Program-made: the position numbers and the translations under genes
In this document: piece by piece, positions 9,553-19,613 of the stretch
How the letters are laid out: each line of letters opens with the position of its first letter
Numbering within the stretch: position 1 is the stretch's first letter
Source: Patescibacteria group bacterium
Lineage (GTDB): Bacteria > Patescibacteriota > Minisyncoccia > GCA-002772825
Length of the DNA stretch: 53,835 bases
Assembly (NCBI GenBank): GCA_024654625.1
Contig: JANLHB010000039.1
Coordinates: 1-53,835, forward strand
Direction of reading: 5' to 3'
Notes under the pieces: generated by a model
Seen by the model: the letters and a program-made list of their open reading frames with translations, nothing else
What the model was told of the DNA's origin: nothing
Databases searched by the model: none

Positions 9553-9575
9553 TGTGCACCACTCGGTGGTGCACA
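9553..9575. repeat. REP-like palindrome tGTGCACCACTCGGTGGTGCACa upstream of the RAYT gene
   Basis: Palindrome 29 nt upstream of the transposase start. Confidence 0.75.
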
Positions 9576-9603
9576 GTTTAGGTATTTATGATATGATTGA
9601 ATC

Positions 9604-10257
9604 ATGAGGGAATTTACTCCAGCTAGAGGTGAAATATATCATTGTTTTAATCGTGGCACAGAGAAACGAAAAATTTTTCTTTCTAAAAAAGATTATGAAA
9701 GATTTATTGTAAATCTAATACTTTTTAATACAGAAAATACACCGAATAGAAATATCTCTCGTTATAGCCTGGAAGATGCTTATCAGAACATCCCCAGCGA
9801 CCCCCTTGTAAAAATTCATGCTTTTTCACTTTTGCCTAATCATTTTCATTTAATTTTAGAACAGGTTGCAAGCAATGGAATAGCTAGGTTTATGCAAAAA
9901 ATAGAAATGGGTTATGCTCATTATTTCAATAAATTGTATTCAAGAAATGGAAATTTATTTCAAGGTGCTTATAAGATAAAGCACATAGATGATGATTCCT
10001 ATCGATTATATATTTCTTTGTATGTTCATCTAAACGCCCTTGATCTTTTGGGTTCAGAGAAAAATTGGAAAGAAAAGGGGATTAAAAATAAGAATAATGC
10101 TATTAATTTTTTAAGAAATTATAAATGGTCAAGTTTGAGAGAATATTTAGGAGAAGATTCTTTGCCGTTTGTGAGTCGCGATATTTTCGATGAGATTTAT
10201 AGTTCTCCGAAAGAATGGGAAGTTGCTATGAAAGAATGGGCTTCAGGCGAATTTTAG
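9604..10257 (+). CDS. REP-associated tyrosine transposase (RAYT), IS200/IS605-like Y1 HuH transposase
   Basis: HuH motif LLPNHFHLIL and downstream catalytic Tyr region (GYAHYFNKLY); ~200 aa; flanked by inverted GTGCAC palindromes. Confidence 0.8.
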   Translation: MREFTPARGEIYHCFNRGTEKRKIFLSKKDYERFIVNLILFNTENTPNRNISRYSLEDAYQNIPSDPLVKIHAFSLLPNHFHLILEQVASNGIARFMQKIEMGYAHYFNKLYSRNGNLFQGAYKIKHIDDDSYRLYISLYVHLNALDLLGSEKNWKEKGIKNKNNAINFLRNYKWSSLREYLGEDSLPFVSRDIFDEIYSSPKEWEVAMKEWASGEF

Positions 10258-10268
10258 ACTAACTAAAA

Positions 10269-10308
10269 TGTGCACCACCGAGTGGTGCACAGAAGTGGTG
10301 CACAGAAG
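10269..10308. repeat. REP-like palindrome tGTGCACCACCGAGTGGTGCACag plus a tandem partial repeat (aagtggtgcacag x2) downstream of the RAYT
   Basis: Reverse complement of the upstream palindrome (loop ACTCGG vs CCGAGT). Confidence 0.75.
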
Positions 10309-10356
10309 TTTAGTCTTAGAACTGAGCCCTGCCTCCTGTATGCGCAGGCAGGCGTT

Positions 10357-11481
10357 TTACTGTTGTTCTGTTTCGGTGATCGCTTTGCCTTCTTCAGCGT
10401 AGTTTAAGGTCAATTTTTGTTCTTTAGGGTCAAAGAGAGTTATCTGGAAGGCGTATGATTTACCAAGTTCCAGCTTCTTCTTCATCTCTTCCTCTGTACC
10501 GAACTCTGATATGTGGACGAGGCCGGCTACACCCTCTTCAATACTTGCCAGCGCTCCGTGCCTGTTGAATTTGATGATAACACCCTTGATGATGTCACCC
10601 TTCTTGTATTTGTCTTTCGCTTTCTCCCATGGGTTGGGCTTGAGAGCTTTCACCGAGAGTGAGATCTTGCCGTCTTTTATCTCTATGATCTTTGCTTTTA
10701 TCTTCTCTCCCACTTTGAAGAGGTCTCCCGGGTTCTCAATAAGTGTCCAGTCAAGTTCTGAGATGTGAGCTAATCCTTCAAGTCCTTCTTCAATTTTTAT
10801 AAAAATTCCAAAATCAACTACCCCGGTTATGTTTCCTTCTATAATATCGCCTACTTTATATTTTTCCACTATTTCTTTTAGCTCCTCTGACTCTATTTTC
10901 TTCTCTGACAAAATAATTCTCCCTTCTTTCTGATCGCTTCCTATTATAGTGACAGCTATTTTAGTGCCGACAAGTTTTTTAAGTTCTTGAAGAATCTTGT
11001 CTTTATCGCCATCTTCAATTCTCGGATAATGATCAGGTTTTAATTGTGAGGCCGGTAAGAACCCTGGAATTCCATTCCAGTCCATGATAAGACCGCCTTT
11101 ATTGGCGTCTGTAACAGTAAGATTTAAAGCGATGTTGCTTTTCTGAGTTTCTTCAACTTCAGCCCATATTTTTTCTTGTTTAGCTTCTTTTAATGAAAGC
11201 TCTATATAACCGTCTTCATTTTCAATTTCTACCACTTTTGCGCTTATAGAATCGCCGGGTTTTAGGATCTTTATGATATCTCTGGCATTATTGAATTCTC
11301 TGCCATATATTATACCTGTGCCAAAAGGAGTAATATCTACAAAAATGGAAGATTGTTCCTTTCCTATAACCTTTCCTTCGATTAATTCGTTGATTCTGGG
11401 ACGAAGGGCAGGCTCCTTCCTTAGTAGAAGGTCCATTACTCCCATTGATACCTCTTTTGTTGGTTCTGCTAATGTATTCAT
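10357..11481 (-). CDS. rpsA: 30S ribosomal protein S1, 4 S1 domains
   Basis: Repeated S1 OB-fold motifs (GDIIEGNITGVVDFGIFI...GLAHISE; GEKIKAKIIEIK..ISLS). Confidence 0.8.
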   Translation of the reverse strand: MNTLAEPTKEVSMGVMDLLLRKEPALRPRINELIEGKVIGKEQSSIFVDITPFGTGIIYGREFNNARDIIKILKPGDSISAKVVEIENEDGYIELSLKEAKQEKIWAEVEETQKSNIALNLTVTDANKGGLIMDWNGIPGFLPASQLKPDHYPRIEDGDKDKILQELKKLVGTKIAVTIIGSDQKEGRIILSEKKIESEELKEIVEKYKVGDIIEGNITGVVDFGIFIKIEEGLEGLAHISELDWTLIENPGDLFKVGEKIKAKIIEIKDGKISLSVKALKPNPWEKAKDKYKKGDIIKGVIIKFNRHGALASIEEGVAGLVHISEFGTEEEMKKKLELGKSYAFQITLFDPKEQKLTLNYAEEGKAITETEQQ

Positions 11482-11614
11482 ACTTGGTATCTCATTATAG
11501 ATAAAAATAGATATTTAGCAATACCTTGGAGGCTGTTTATGTAAAATTAAGCCGATAATTTTAAATTTTTTTAAATTAGCTTTTTTGATAAATTTGATTT
11601 AAAATCTGATTATA

Positions 11615-12820
11615 ATGGCAAGGAAAAAAATATATTTAAGCGGAGGATTTTTTTTGTTAGGTTTCGGCCTGCTTTTTTTTGCCTCACCGTATTTTTTCAA
11701 GCCGATTAAATATGTTTCAAATAATATAGCTTCGGTAGAAAAGGATGAGATCAATCTGGCGGATAGCGATATAAATGATCCTGACTGGCGCACTGAAGCC
11801 CCTTTTGTTGCTACTCATCTTGATACGCCTGATGCGGTGAAGGGCGTATATATGACAGCTTGCGTGGCTGGTACGCCGAGTATCCGAAGCAAAATGGTGA
11901 AGCTTGTAGAAGAGACTGAGCTCAATACTATAGTGATAGATATAAAAGATTATACAGGCACGATTTCATTTAAGGCAGGTGATCCTGTTCTCGATGGGTT
12001 TGGCGGAGGAGGTTGCCATGTCAGCGATATGAAAGAGTTTGTGGATTCTCTCCACAAAAAAGGAATTTATGTAGTAGGGAGAGTCACTGTTTTTCAAGAT
12101 CCGTATTACGCAAAACTCCACCCAAGTTTGGCTGTTAAAAAAGAGAGTGATAAATCTCTTTTGTGGAAAGACAGAAAGGGGATAAGTTATATAGATCCAG
12201 GCGCTAAAGATATGTGGGATTATATTGTAACCTTAAGCAAGGAGTCATACGAAGCCGGCTTTGATGAGCTTAATTTTGACTATATACGTTTTCCGTCAGA
12301 TGGGAACATGGATGATATGTATTATCCTTTTAGTGAGGAGGAAGTTTTGGCTGATATAAATTTTGGTAAGGCTAAGGTCTTGAGAGAGTTCTTTATCTAT
12401 CTCCACGAAAATCTGAAAGATACCGGTGTGGTATTATCAGCGGATCTTTTTGGAATGACAACAACTAATAGAGATGATTTAAATATCGGGCAGATATTGG
12501 AATATGCCGAACCATATTTTGATTTTATAGCACCGATGGTGTATCCGTCGCATTACCCAAAAGGATTTATGGGGTATCAAAATGTGAATCTATATCCGTA
12601 TGAGATAGTGAAGTTCTCTATGGATGAAGCGGTAAAAAGGCTTATCACTGCATCGTCAACTCCGCTTAAGCTAAGACCATGGCTTCAAGACAATGATTAT
12701 CCTGTTCATTATACCCCGGAGATGGTCCGCGCGCAGAAACAGGCCGTCTATGACACCGGATTGACTAGCTGGATGTTATGGGACGCAGGTAATACATATA
12801 CTCGTGAAGCTTTGGATTGA
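11615..12820 (+). CDS. Exported or membrane-anchored TIM-barrel glycoside-hydrolase-like protein (DUF4015/GHL-type)
   Basis: N-terminal TM; NTIVIDIKDYTG...GIYVVGRVTVFQD...GFDELNFDYIRFP pattern recalled from glycoside-hydrolase-like TIM barrels; family assignment from memory only. Confidence 0.45.
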   Translation: MARKKIYLSGGFFLLGFGLLFFASPYFFKPIKYVSNNIASVEKDEINLADSDINDPDWRTEAPFVATHLDTPDAVKGVYMTACVAGTPSIRSKMVKLVEETELNTIVIDIKDYTGTISFKAGDPVLDGFGGGGCHVSDMKEFVDSLHKKGIYVVGRVTVFQDPYYAKLHPSLAVKKESDKSLLWKDRKGISYIDPGAKDMWDYIVTLSKESYEAGFDELNFDYIRFPSDGNMDDMYYPFSEEEVLADINFGKAKVLREFFIYLHENLKDTGVVLSADLFGMTTTNRDDLNIGQILEYAEPYFDFIAPMVYPSHYPKGFMGYQNVNLYPYEIVKFSMDEAVKRLITASSTPLKLRPWLQDNDYPVHYTPEMVRAQKQAVYDTGLTSWMLWDAGNTYTREALD

Positions 12821-12906
12821 GGCGTTTAAATTTATGTCAACGTGGCAGGTTGACATAAAATATTTAATTTTACATGTTCTTGACAGATGTGGTATAATTT
12901 TTCTAA

Positions 12907-14562
12907 ATGAACAATAAAGATATTACTTATTTTGCCGAAGCTAATTTTCGTAATAAACACCAGCGTTTCGGTATAAAGCGCGATGATAGAACAAAGCATG
13001 TTTACGTTATAGGAAAGACCGGTATGGGTAAATCTACCATGCTTGAGAATATGGCGGTGCAGGATATTCAAAACGGCGAGGGAATGGCTTTTATAGATCC
13101 TCACGGAGCGACTGCCGAGCTCCTCTTGGATTATGTGCCGGAGGATCGCATAGATGATGTAATCTATTTTGCTCCGTTTGATACAGAGTATCCTATTTCT
13201 TTTAATGTGCTAGAAGATGTCGGTTACGACAAACGTCACTTGGTGGTGGCGGGTCTTATGAGCACATTTGAGAAGATCTGGGTTGACGCATGGTCTGCCA
13301 GAATGTCATACATCTTAAGCAACACGCTTCTCGCTCTCTTAGAATACCCAAACTCAACTTTGATGAGCATCAACAGAATGCTTGCTGATAAGGAGTATAG
13401 AAAGAAGGTTGTAGATAATATCACAGACCCCACGGTCAAATCATTTTGGGTCGATGAGTTTGCCAAATATACAGACAGATATACCCAGGAAGCGACACCG
13501 GCCATCCAAAACAAGATAGGTCAATTTACTTCAAATCCTTTGATAAGAAATATTATCGGACAGCCTAGGACCAGTTTTGATTTACGCAAATTGATGGACG
13601 AGAAAAAGATTATTATTATCAATCTTTCAAAAGGGCGGTTAGGTGAGCAGAATGCGAATCTCTTAGGTAGTATGCTTATCACTAAAATCTATCTTGCCGC
13701 TATGTCTCGCGCCGACGTATCAAGCGAAGAACTTAAAAAGCTTCCTCAATTTTATTTTTATGTTGATGAGTTTCAATCTTTCGCCAATAAATCTTTCGCT
13801 GATATATTATCCGAAGCGAGGAAGTATAAATTGAATTTAACTATTGCGCATCAATATATAGAGCAAATGTCAGAAGAGGTTAACGCTGCGGTGTTCGGAA
13901 ACGTGGGAACGATGATAGTATTTCGTGTCGGAGCTTATGATGCCGATATTTTAGAGAAAGAGTTTGCGCCTGAGTTTATAGCTCAAGATATCGTAAATCT
14001 CGGATTTACTCAGATCTATCTAAGGTTGATGATAAATGGAGTGGGGTCAAGACCTTTTTCCGCTTCCACCTTACCGCCGATTGCGAAGCTGGAGCATTCT
14101 TTTAAAGATAAGATAATTGAAGCTTCTAGGAAGAATTATGCTATTCCGAGAAAGACAGTGGAGGATATGATAAAGAGATGGCACGAAGATGGCGCTCCGA
14201 CTGTCTTGAGTAAACCTGGTTCTATAATGGCTAAGAAAGATGACAAACCTTTTGAGAAAAAGCCAGTATTCGCTTTAAGCGCAGATAAGCGCATCGAGCA
14301 AAGGCTGGATAACAAAAAGCCATATGAAAGAAAGTACGTTAAGCCAACCATCTCTCTAAATGCTTTGAAAGAAAAATCCGGAGAGAATGTTCTCATTAAC
14401 AATAAGAATAGAAGTCATGATCAAAGGAGCCATCCTCAAAAGGCGAGTGCCAATTTAAGCGCCTTAAGAGAAGCCTTAAATGAAATTGCGGCAACCGGCG
14501 AGCCTAAAGAAAAAAATAAAAGCGGAATATTAAAACCTGGACAAAAAATAAAATTTGATTAG
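12907..14562 (+). CDS. FtsK/HerA-superfamily P-loop ATPase, TraD/VirD4 coupling-protein-like, with Lys-rich disordered C-terminal tail
   Basis: Walker A VIGKTGMGKST, Walker B FYFYVDEFQSF, sensor Gln (TIAHQ); no N-terminal TM helices. Confidence 0.5.
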   Translation: MNNKDITYFAEANFRNKHQRFGIKRDDRTKHVYVIGKTGMGKSTMLENMAVQDIQNGEGMAFIDPHGATAELLLDYVPEDRIDDVIYFAPFDTEYPISFNVLEDVGYDKRHLVVAGLMSTFEKIWVDAWSARMSYILSNTLLALLEYPNSTLMSINRMLADKEYRKKVVDNITDPTVKSFWVDEFAKYTDRYTQEATPAIQNKIGQFTSNPLIRNIIGQPRTSFDLRKLMDEKKIIIINLSKGRLGEQNANLLGSMLITKIYLAAMSRADVSSEELKKLPQFYFYVDEFQSFANKSFADILSEARKYKLNLTIAHQYIEQMSEEVNAAVFGNVGTMIVFRVGAYDADILEKEFAPEFIAQDIVNLGFTQIYLRLMINGVGSRPFSASTLPPIAKLEHSFKDKIIEASRKNYAIPRKTVEDMIKRWHEDGAPTVLSKPGSIMAKKDDKPFEKKPVFALSADKRIEQRLDNKKPYERKYVKPTISLNALKEKSGENVLINNKNRSHDQRSHPQKASANLSALREALNEIAATGEPKEKNKSGILKPGQKIKFD

Positions 14563-15955
14563 TGTGAAAATTTTCTATCTTCTTTTTATTTTATTATTTA
14601 TTTTTATCCCTAAGATAGTTTTGGGAGAGGTAATTATAAATGAAATAATGTATGACTTGAAAGAAGGGTCAGATTCCGGCAGAGAGTGGATTGAGATTAA
14701 AAATATTGGAAATGAAGATATAGATTTAAGCGATTGGAAACTTTATGAAGACAATACTAATCATTCATTGAATCTCTTTGGAAACGGTGTTTCGTTTGTT
14801 CTATCTGGCGGGTATGCTGTCATAGCAGATAACGCAGAAAAGTTTTTAGCGGATTGGCCTGAATTTGGAGGGGTTTTATTTGACAGCTCGTTTTCTTTAA
14901 AAAATGATGGAGAAACTTTAATCATAAGAGATGAAGCTCTGAGTGATATTGATCAGGTTAGTTATTCAAAAGAGCTGGGAGCAAGCGGAGATGGAAATTC
15001 TTTGCAGTTTATAAACGGGAATTGGGAGGCAAAATCTCCGACCACTGGATATGGAAATAGCGAAGCTTCAGTTGTTGAAGAGATTGCCGGAGTGGCCAAA
15101 CCTTCTTCTATTGTTGCTCTGTCTTTTCCTGTTGCTCCTCAAATTTACGCTTTCTCTTCTGGTGATGAAGCAGGCGTTGCTGGAGGGGTGCTTGAGTTTA
15201 AAGGATTGGCTCTGGGTCTTAAAAAAGAACCTCTTTTAAACGCAAGGTTTCTGTGGAATTTTGGCGATGGATATTCAAAGGATGGGAAAAATGTAACCCA
15301 TACTTATAATTACCCCGGTGATTATATCGTGTTTTTAGATGTTTCTTCCGGCGAGTATTCCGCCTCAAGCAGAATGAATGTAAAAATTACTGAGAGTAAT
15401 CTTAAAATCACTGACGTTAGATTTGATTCAAGCGGAGAGTCTATAGTTGAACTTTATAATGATTCTGATCGGGAAATAGACATATCTTATTGGCTGCTTA
15501 GGTCTGGGAATATGCTTTTTACTTTCCCTAAAAATAGCTTTATCGGAGCGGGCAGCAAATTACCGCTCTCTTCTCTGGTGACAAGATTAAATATAGATGA
15601 AAGCAAGAAAGCGGATATTCTTTATCCTAATGGTTCTGTTTTTTATTCATTTGATATTAGGGCTGGATCATCTAAAGGCAATCTGTCTCAGATTTATGAA
15701 AAAGATATTTTAAACTCTGGCACTATTGGTTCAGAAGATGGCGGACTGCGCCAAGCAGTTTCAAGTGATAAAATAACGGAAGAAGTTTTAATTAAAAACG
15801 ACGATATATCATTAAATAAAAAACAAGAGGCGAATGCCGTTTCTTTTTCAAATGAAAGTGGAAAAAGTAATAAATGGATATTTTTTGCAGGAGGGTTTGG
15901 TTTGATCGGCGTTTTAGGAGTTGTATTTGCAAAGCGCATTGGATCAGTTTCTTAA
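14555..15955 (+). CDS. Lamin-tail-domain (LTD) protein with two LTDs, signal peptide and C-terminal TM anchor
   Basis: LTD signatures INEIMYD..G.D.EWIEIKN.G..DIDLSDWKL and a second copy (LKITDVRFD..ESIVELYNDSD.EIDISYWLL); start overlaps the upstream ATPase stop by 8 nt. Confidence 0.7.
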   Translation: MISVKIFYLLFILLFIFIPKIVLGEVIINEIMYDLKEGSDSGREWIEIKNIGNEDIDLSDWKLYEDNTNHSLNLFGNGVSFVLSGGYAVIADNAEKFLADWPEFGGVLFDSSFSLKNDGETLIIRDEALSDIDQVSYSKELGASGDGNSLQFINGNWEAKSPTTGYGNSEASVVEEIAGVAKPSSIVALSFPVAPQIYAFSSGDEAGVAGGVLEFKGLALGLKKEPLLNARFLWNFGDGYSKDGKNVTHTYNYPGDYIVFLDVSSGEYSASSRMNVKITESNLKITDVRFDSSGESIVELYNDSDREIDISYWLLRSGNMLFTFPKNSFIGAGSKLPLSSLVTRLNIDESKKADILYPNGSVFYSFDIRAGSSKGNLSQIYEKDILNSGTIGSEDGGLRQAVSSDKITEEVLIKNDDISLNKKQEANAVSFSNESGKSNKWIFFAGGFGLIGVLGVVFAKRIGSVS

Positions 15956-16170
15956 TGTAACCTTTTAGACTTTATCCACAACTTGGTATTATATTTGATT
16001 CAAATAGAAGTTATTATATATATAACTTTAAAAAAGGTCGGTTTTTTGAAGTTATCCCGCCTTTGGCGGGTAAATATGCATATTTGTCCGCTCTATTTTT
16101 TTCAACTTAATTGTGAATTTAATAGGCCGGCGGAATAACTTTATTAATTAAAACGAAATAAAATATAATT

Positions 16171-16848
16171 ATGTTACAAGATTGGAGTAATATATTGTCT
16201 ACTTCTTTTCAGGATGTCTGGATCGGAGTTTTGAATTTCGTCCCTAAGCTAATTATTGCTGTTATTATATTCATTATTGGATGGATAATAGCGGTAGTTA
16301 TAGGCAGATTGATATCTCAGCTTATACGATCATTGAAGGTTGACAGAGTGCTTCAGAATATAGGAGCAGAGGAACCTCTTTCAAAAGCAGGATTCCGTCT
16401 TGATTCAGGAGCTTTTATCGGAGGATTGGTAAGATGGTTTATAATCATCGTCTTCTTTGTGGCTATTGCTGATGTATTTGGCCTAAGTCAGGTCAATATC
16501 TTCTTGCAAATGATTCTTGCTTACTTGCCGAATGTAATAGTAGCGGCGATAATACTTGTTATCGCAGCTCTTGTTGCTGATGCTGTAAAGAGGATTGTTG
16601 CAGGATCAGCTAAAGCTGCTGACCTTCCTTCGCCTGAGCTTCTTGGTGGAGTAGCTAAATGGGCTATTTGGATTTTCGCAATTCTTGTTATGCTTTCTCA
16701 GCTGGGAATTGCCGGTCCTTTCGCTCAAACTCTATTTACTGGGTTAGTGGCGATGCTTGCAATTGCAGGCGGTCTTTCTTTCGGTTTGGGAGGAAAGGAT
16801 GCCGCAGCTCGTTTTATAGATAGGCTGAAGAGTGATATAAGTAAATAA
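16171..16848 (+). CDS. Integral membrane protein with repeated conserved-TM-helix motif (MscS-associated TM_helix-like)
   Basis: 4-5 hydrophobic helices, repeated helix-GxG pattern, no soluble domain. Confidence 0.45.
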   Translation: MLQDWSNILSTSFQDVWIGVLNFVPKLIIAVIIFIIGWIIAVVIGRLISQLIRSLKVDRVLQNIGAEEPLSKAGFRLDSGAFIGGLVRWFIIIVFFVAIADVFGLSQVNIFLQMILAYLPNVIVAAIILVIAALVADAVKRIVAGSAKAADLPSPELLGGVAKWAIWIFAILVMLSQLGIAGPFAQTLFTGLVAMLAIAGGLSFGLGGKDAAARFIDRLKSDISK

Positions 16849-16884
16849 CAAATTTTGCTTATATTATAGAAAGATTTAGTCCAA

Positions 16885-16928
16885 CCCCGTCACTCGCGCC
16901 TGCCTACCGGCAGGCAGGAGTGACGGGG
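16885..16928. terminator. Compound GC-rich hairpin (ccccgtcactc..cctgcctaccggcaggcagg..gagtgacgggg)
   Basis: Nested perfect inverted repeats downstream of the 16171-16848 gene. Confidence 0.65.
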
Positions 16929-17767
16929 TTGACTTATAAACCGGCATATATATAATAGTATGGTAGTTATGAGAATACTGATAAATAAAAGTTTCAACAA
17001 GTGGGCAAGGTGATTCCTTCTGTTTATGCTATAACCTTTGCCGCTTGAATAAGCGGCTTTTATTTTTCCGGAACGATAGAACTTTTAAAATTGAATAGCA
17101 GGTAAAAATTAGAATAAATATATAAAAAGTTTATAAATTTCCTAGTAGGAAATAAGAGCATATGGTGGATGCCTTGACTTAAAGAGGCTATGAAGGACGT
17201 GGCTAAGCTACGATAAGCTTCGGGGAGGTGCCAAGCGACCTTTGATCCGGAGATGTCCGAATGGGGAAACCCGTCAGAGTAAAGCTCTGTCAGGCGCCGT
17301 TAAAAGCGCCAGCTAACCCGCTGAAGTGAAACATCTCAGTAAGCGGTGGAAAAGAGAAAAATTTTTATTCCCTAAGTAGCGGCGAGCGAAAAGGGAATAG
17401 CCCAAACCAGTTTTTAACTTTGTTATGAATTGGGGTTGTAAGGCTTTAACGTTCTACTTCTTTTTTAATATTAAATTGCGGAGTAGAAGGAGAGTCATAA
17501 ATTATTTTGTTAGTTGAGTTTGCTGGAAAGCAAAACCATAGAGGGTGATAGTCCCGTAAGCGAAAACAAAATAACTCTTTTGTTATTGACCTTGAGTACC
17601 TCAGGACACGAATGGCCTGGGGGAAGCAGGCAGAACTAACTGCCAAGGCTAAATACTCTTTAAGATCGATAGTGAACAAGTACCGTGAGGGAAAGGCGAA
17701 AAGAACCCCGGTGAGGGGAGTGAAATAGAACCTGAAACCATATGCTTACAAGGAGTCGGAGCGGGTA

Positions 17768-17933
17768 TCACATTGCATGTGATTTGAAAATTCGAAATTC
17801 GAATATCGAAATTCGAAACAATTATTAAAATATAAATTTTAATGTTTAAAACATTAAAATTTATAAAATTAGAATTTGTTTTGTATTTCGGATTTGTGAT
17901 TTCGTGCTTTCGCAATCATGCGTAGCGTGATGC
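17768..17933 (+). other. Intervening sequence (IVS) copy 1 in 23S rRNA, helix-25 region
   Basis: 166-nt AT-rich palindromic element replacing the helix-25 tip; near-identical to the copy at 19181-19346. Confidence 0.7.
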
Positions 17934-19180
17934 CCGTGACGGCGTGCCTATTGAAGAATGAGTCAGCGAGTTTATGCGTATTGCTTAACTAATCCCATAA
18001 GGGAGGAGTTTTAGGGAAACCGAGTGTTAATAGCGCGAACACAGCTTTTTAGTTTTGTTGTCTTGATCAATTCATTGATCTTGATACAGAACTAAGGAGC
18101 TGTATGTAGTACGTATAAGACCCGAAGCCAAGTGAGCTTGCCATGGGCAGGGTGAATTTTGCAGAAATGCAAAAGGAGGCCCGAACCGGTTGGTCGTTCA
18201 ATTCCATCGGATGACCTGTGGTAAGGAGTGAAAAGCTAATCGAACTTGGTAATAGCTGGTTTTCTCCGAAATAGCTTTTGGGCTAGCGTCTTAGTTACCC
18301 TCTGGGGGTAGAGATACTGGAAGGTGTAAACAGGGAGCAATCTCGTTATACCTACCAAACTCCGAATACCAGAGACTAAATCTAAGGCAGTTAGACTATG
18401 GGGGCTAAGCTCCATTAGTCAAAAGGGAAACAGCCCAGATCTCAATCTAAGGTCCCTAAATCTTTGCTAAGTGCACTTAAGGTGGTGAAATTTCTCTAAC
18501 AACGAGGAGGTTGGCTTAGAAGCAGCCATCCTTTAAAGAAAGCGTAACAGCTCACTCGTCAAGAGATATCGCGCCGCAAATACTCGGGGCTAAGCAAGGT
18601 ACCGAAGGTGAGGATTTCAATGTTTACATTGGAATGGTAGGAGAATATTCTGAACTGCGTTGAAGCCGAAGGGGTGACCCACGGTGGAGCGTTTAGAAGA
18701 AAGAATGCTGACACAAGTAACCACAATCCCGGTGAGAGAACCGGGACGCCGAAAGACTAAGGGTTCCTGGGCAATGGTGATCATCCCAGGGTTAGTCGGA
18801 CCTAAGGCGATGACGAAAGTCGGAGTCGATGGACACACGGTTAATATTCCGTGACCCCTTTATTTTTCGATGGAGTGACGGAGGAAATAAATGAGAGCAT
18901 ATTATTGGATTTATGTTTCTTATCTTAAGGAGCGTCTCTTAGGTAAATCCGGGAGACTGATTTAATTCAAGTTCCGAAGATAGGAGAAACTTCTTCCCAC
19001 GGGTTGAGGGATTCTCATGAAGAGCCTTCCTAGAAAAACTTCTAAGATTAAAAATAGAGGGACCGTACCGTAAACCAACACAGGTAGTCAGGTCGAGAAG
19101 ACCAAGGCGAACGGGTGAGATATCTCCAAGGAACTCGGCAAAAAAGCGGCCGTAACTTCGGAATAAGGCCTCCCAGCGCA

Positions 19181-19346
19181 TCACATTGCATGTGATTTGA
19201 AAATTCGAAATTTGAATATTGAAATTCGAAACAATTATTAAAATATAAATTCTAATGTTTTAAACATTAGAATTTATAAAATTAGAATTTGTTTTGTATT
19301 TCGGATTTGTGATTTCGTGCTTTCGCAATCATGCGTAGCGTGATGC
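19181..19346 (+). other. IVS copy 2 in 23S rRNA, around E. coli position 1710-1750, near-identical to copy 1
   Basis: Direct repeat of the 17768-17933 element with ~4 substitutions. Confidence 0.7.
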
Positions 19347-19573
19347 GTTGGGCGCAGCGAAAGTATCCCTGGCGACTGTTTATCAAAAACACAGCTCCCT
19401 GCGAACTCGTAAGAGGATGTATAGGGGGTGACGCCTGACCAATGCGAGAAGGTCAAATACGACTGGTGCTTCGCACCAGAATTTTCAAGTAGCAATCTTC
19501 AATTTTCAAAATTTGGAAATTGTAAATTGAAAATTGGAAATTCTAGCGCGGAGTGCTGAGTTGTATAAGCCCT

Positions 19574-19613
<40 letters not shown>

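Noticed and set aside
17790-17900. Short repeated units (gaaattcgaa, aattagaattt) in the rRNA IVS and 19490-19556, considered as a possible CRISPR-like array
   Set aside because: The units are irregular, AT-rich, palindromic and embedded in rRNA helices. There are no regularly spaced identical repeats with unique spacers and no cas genes.
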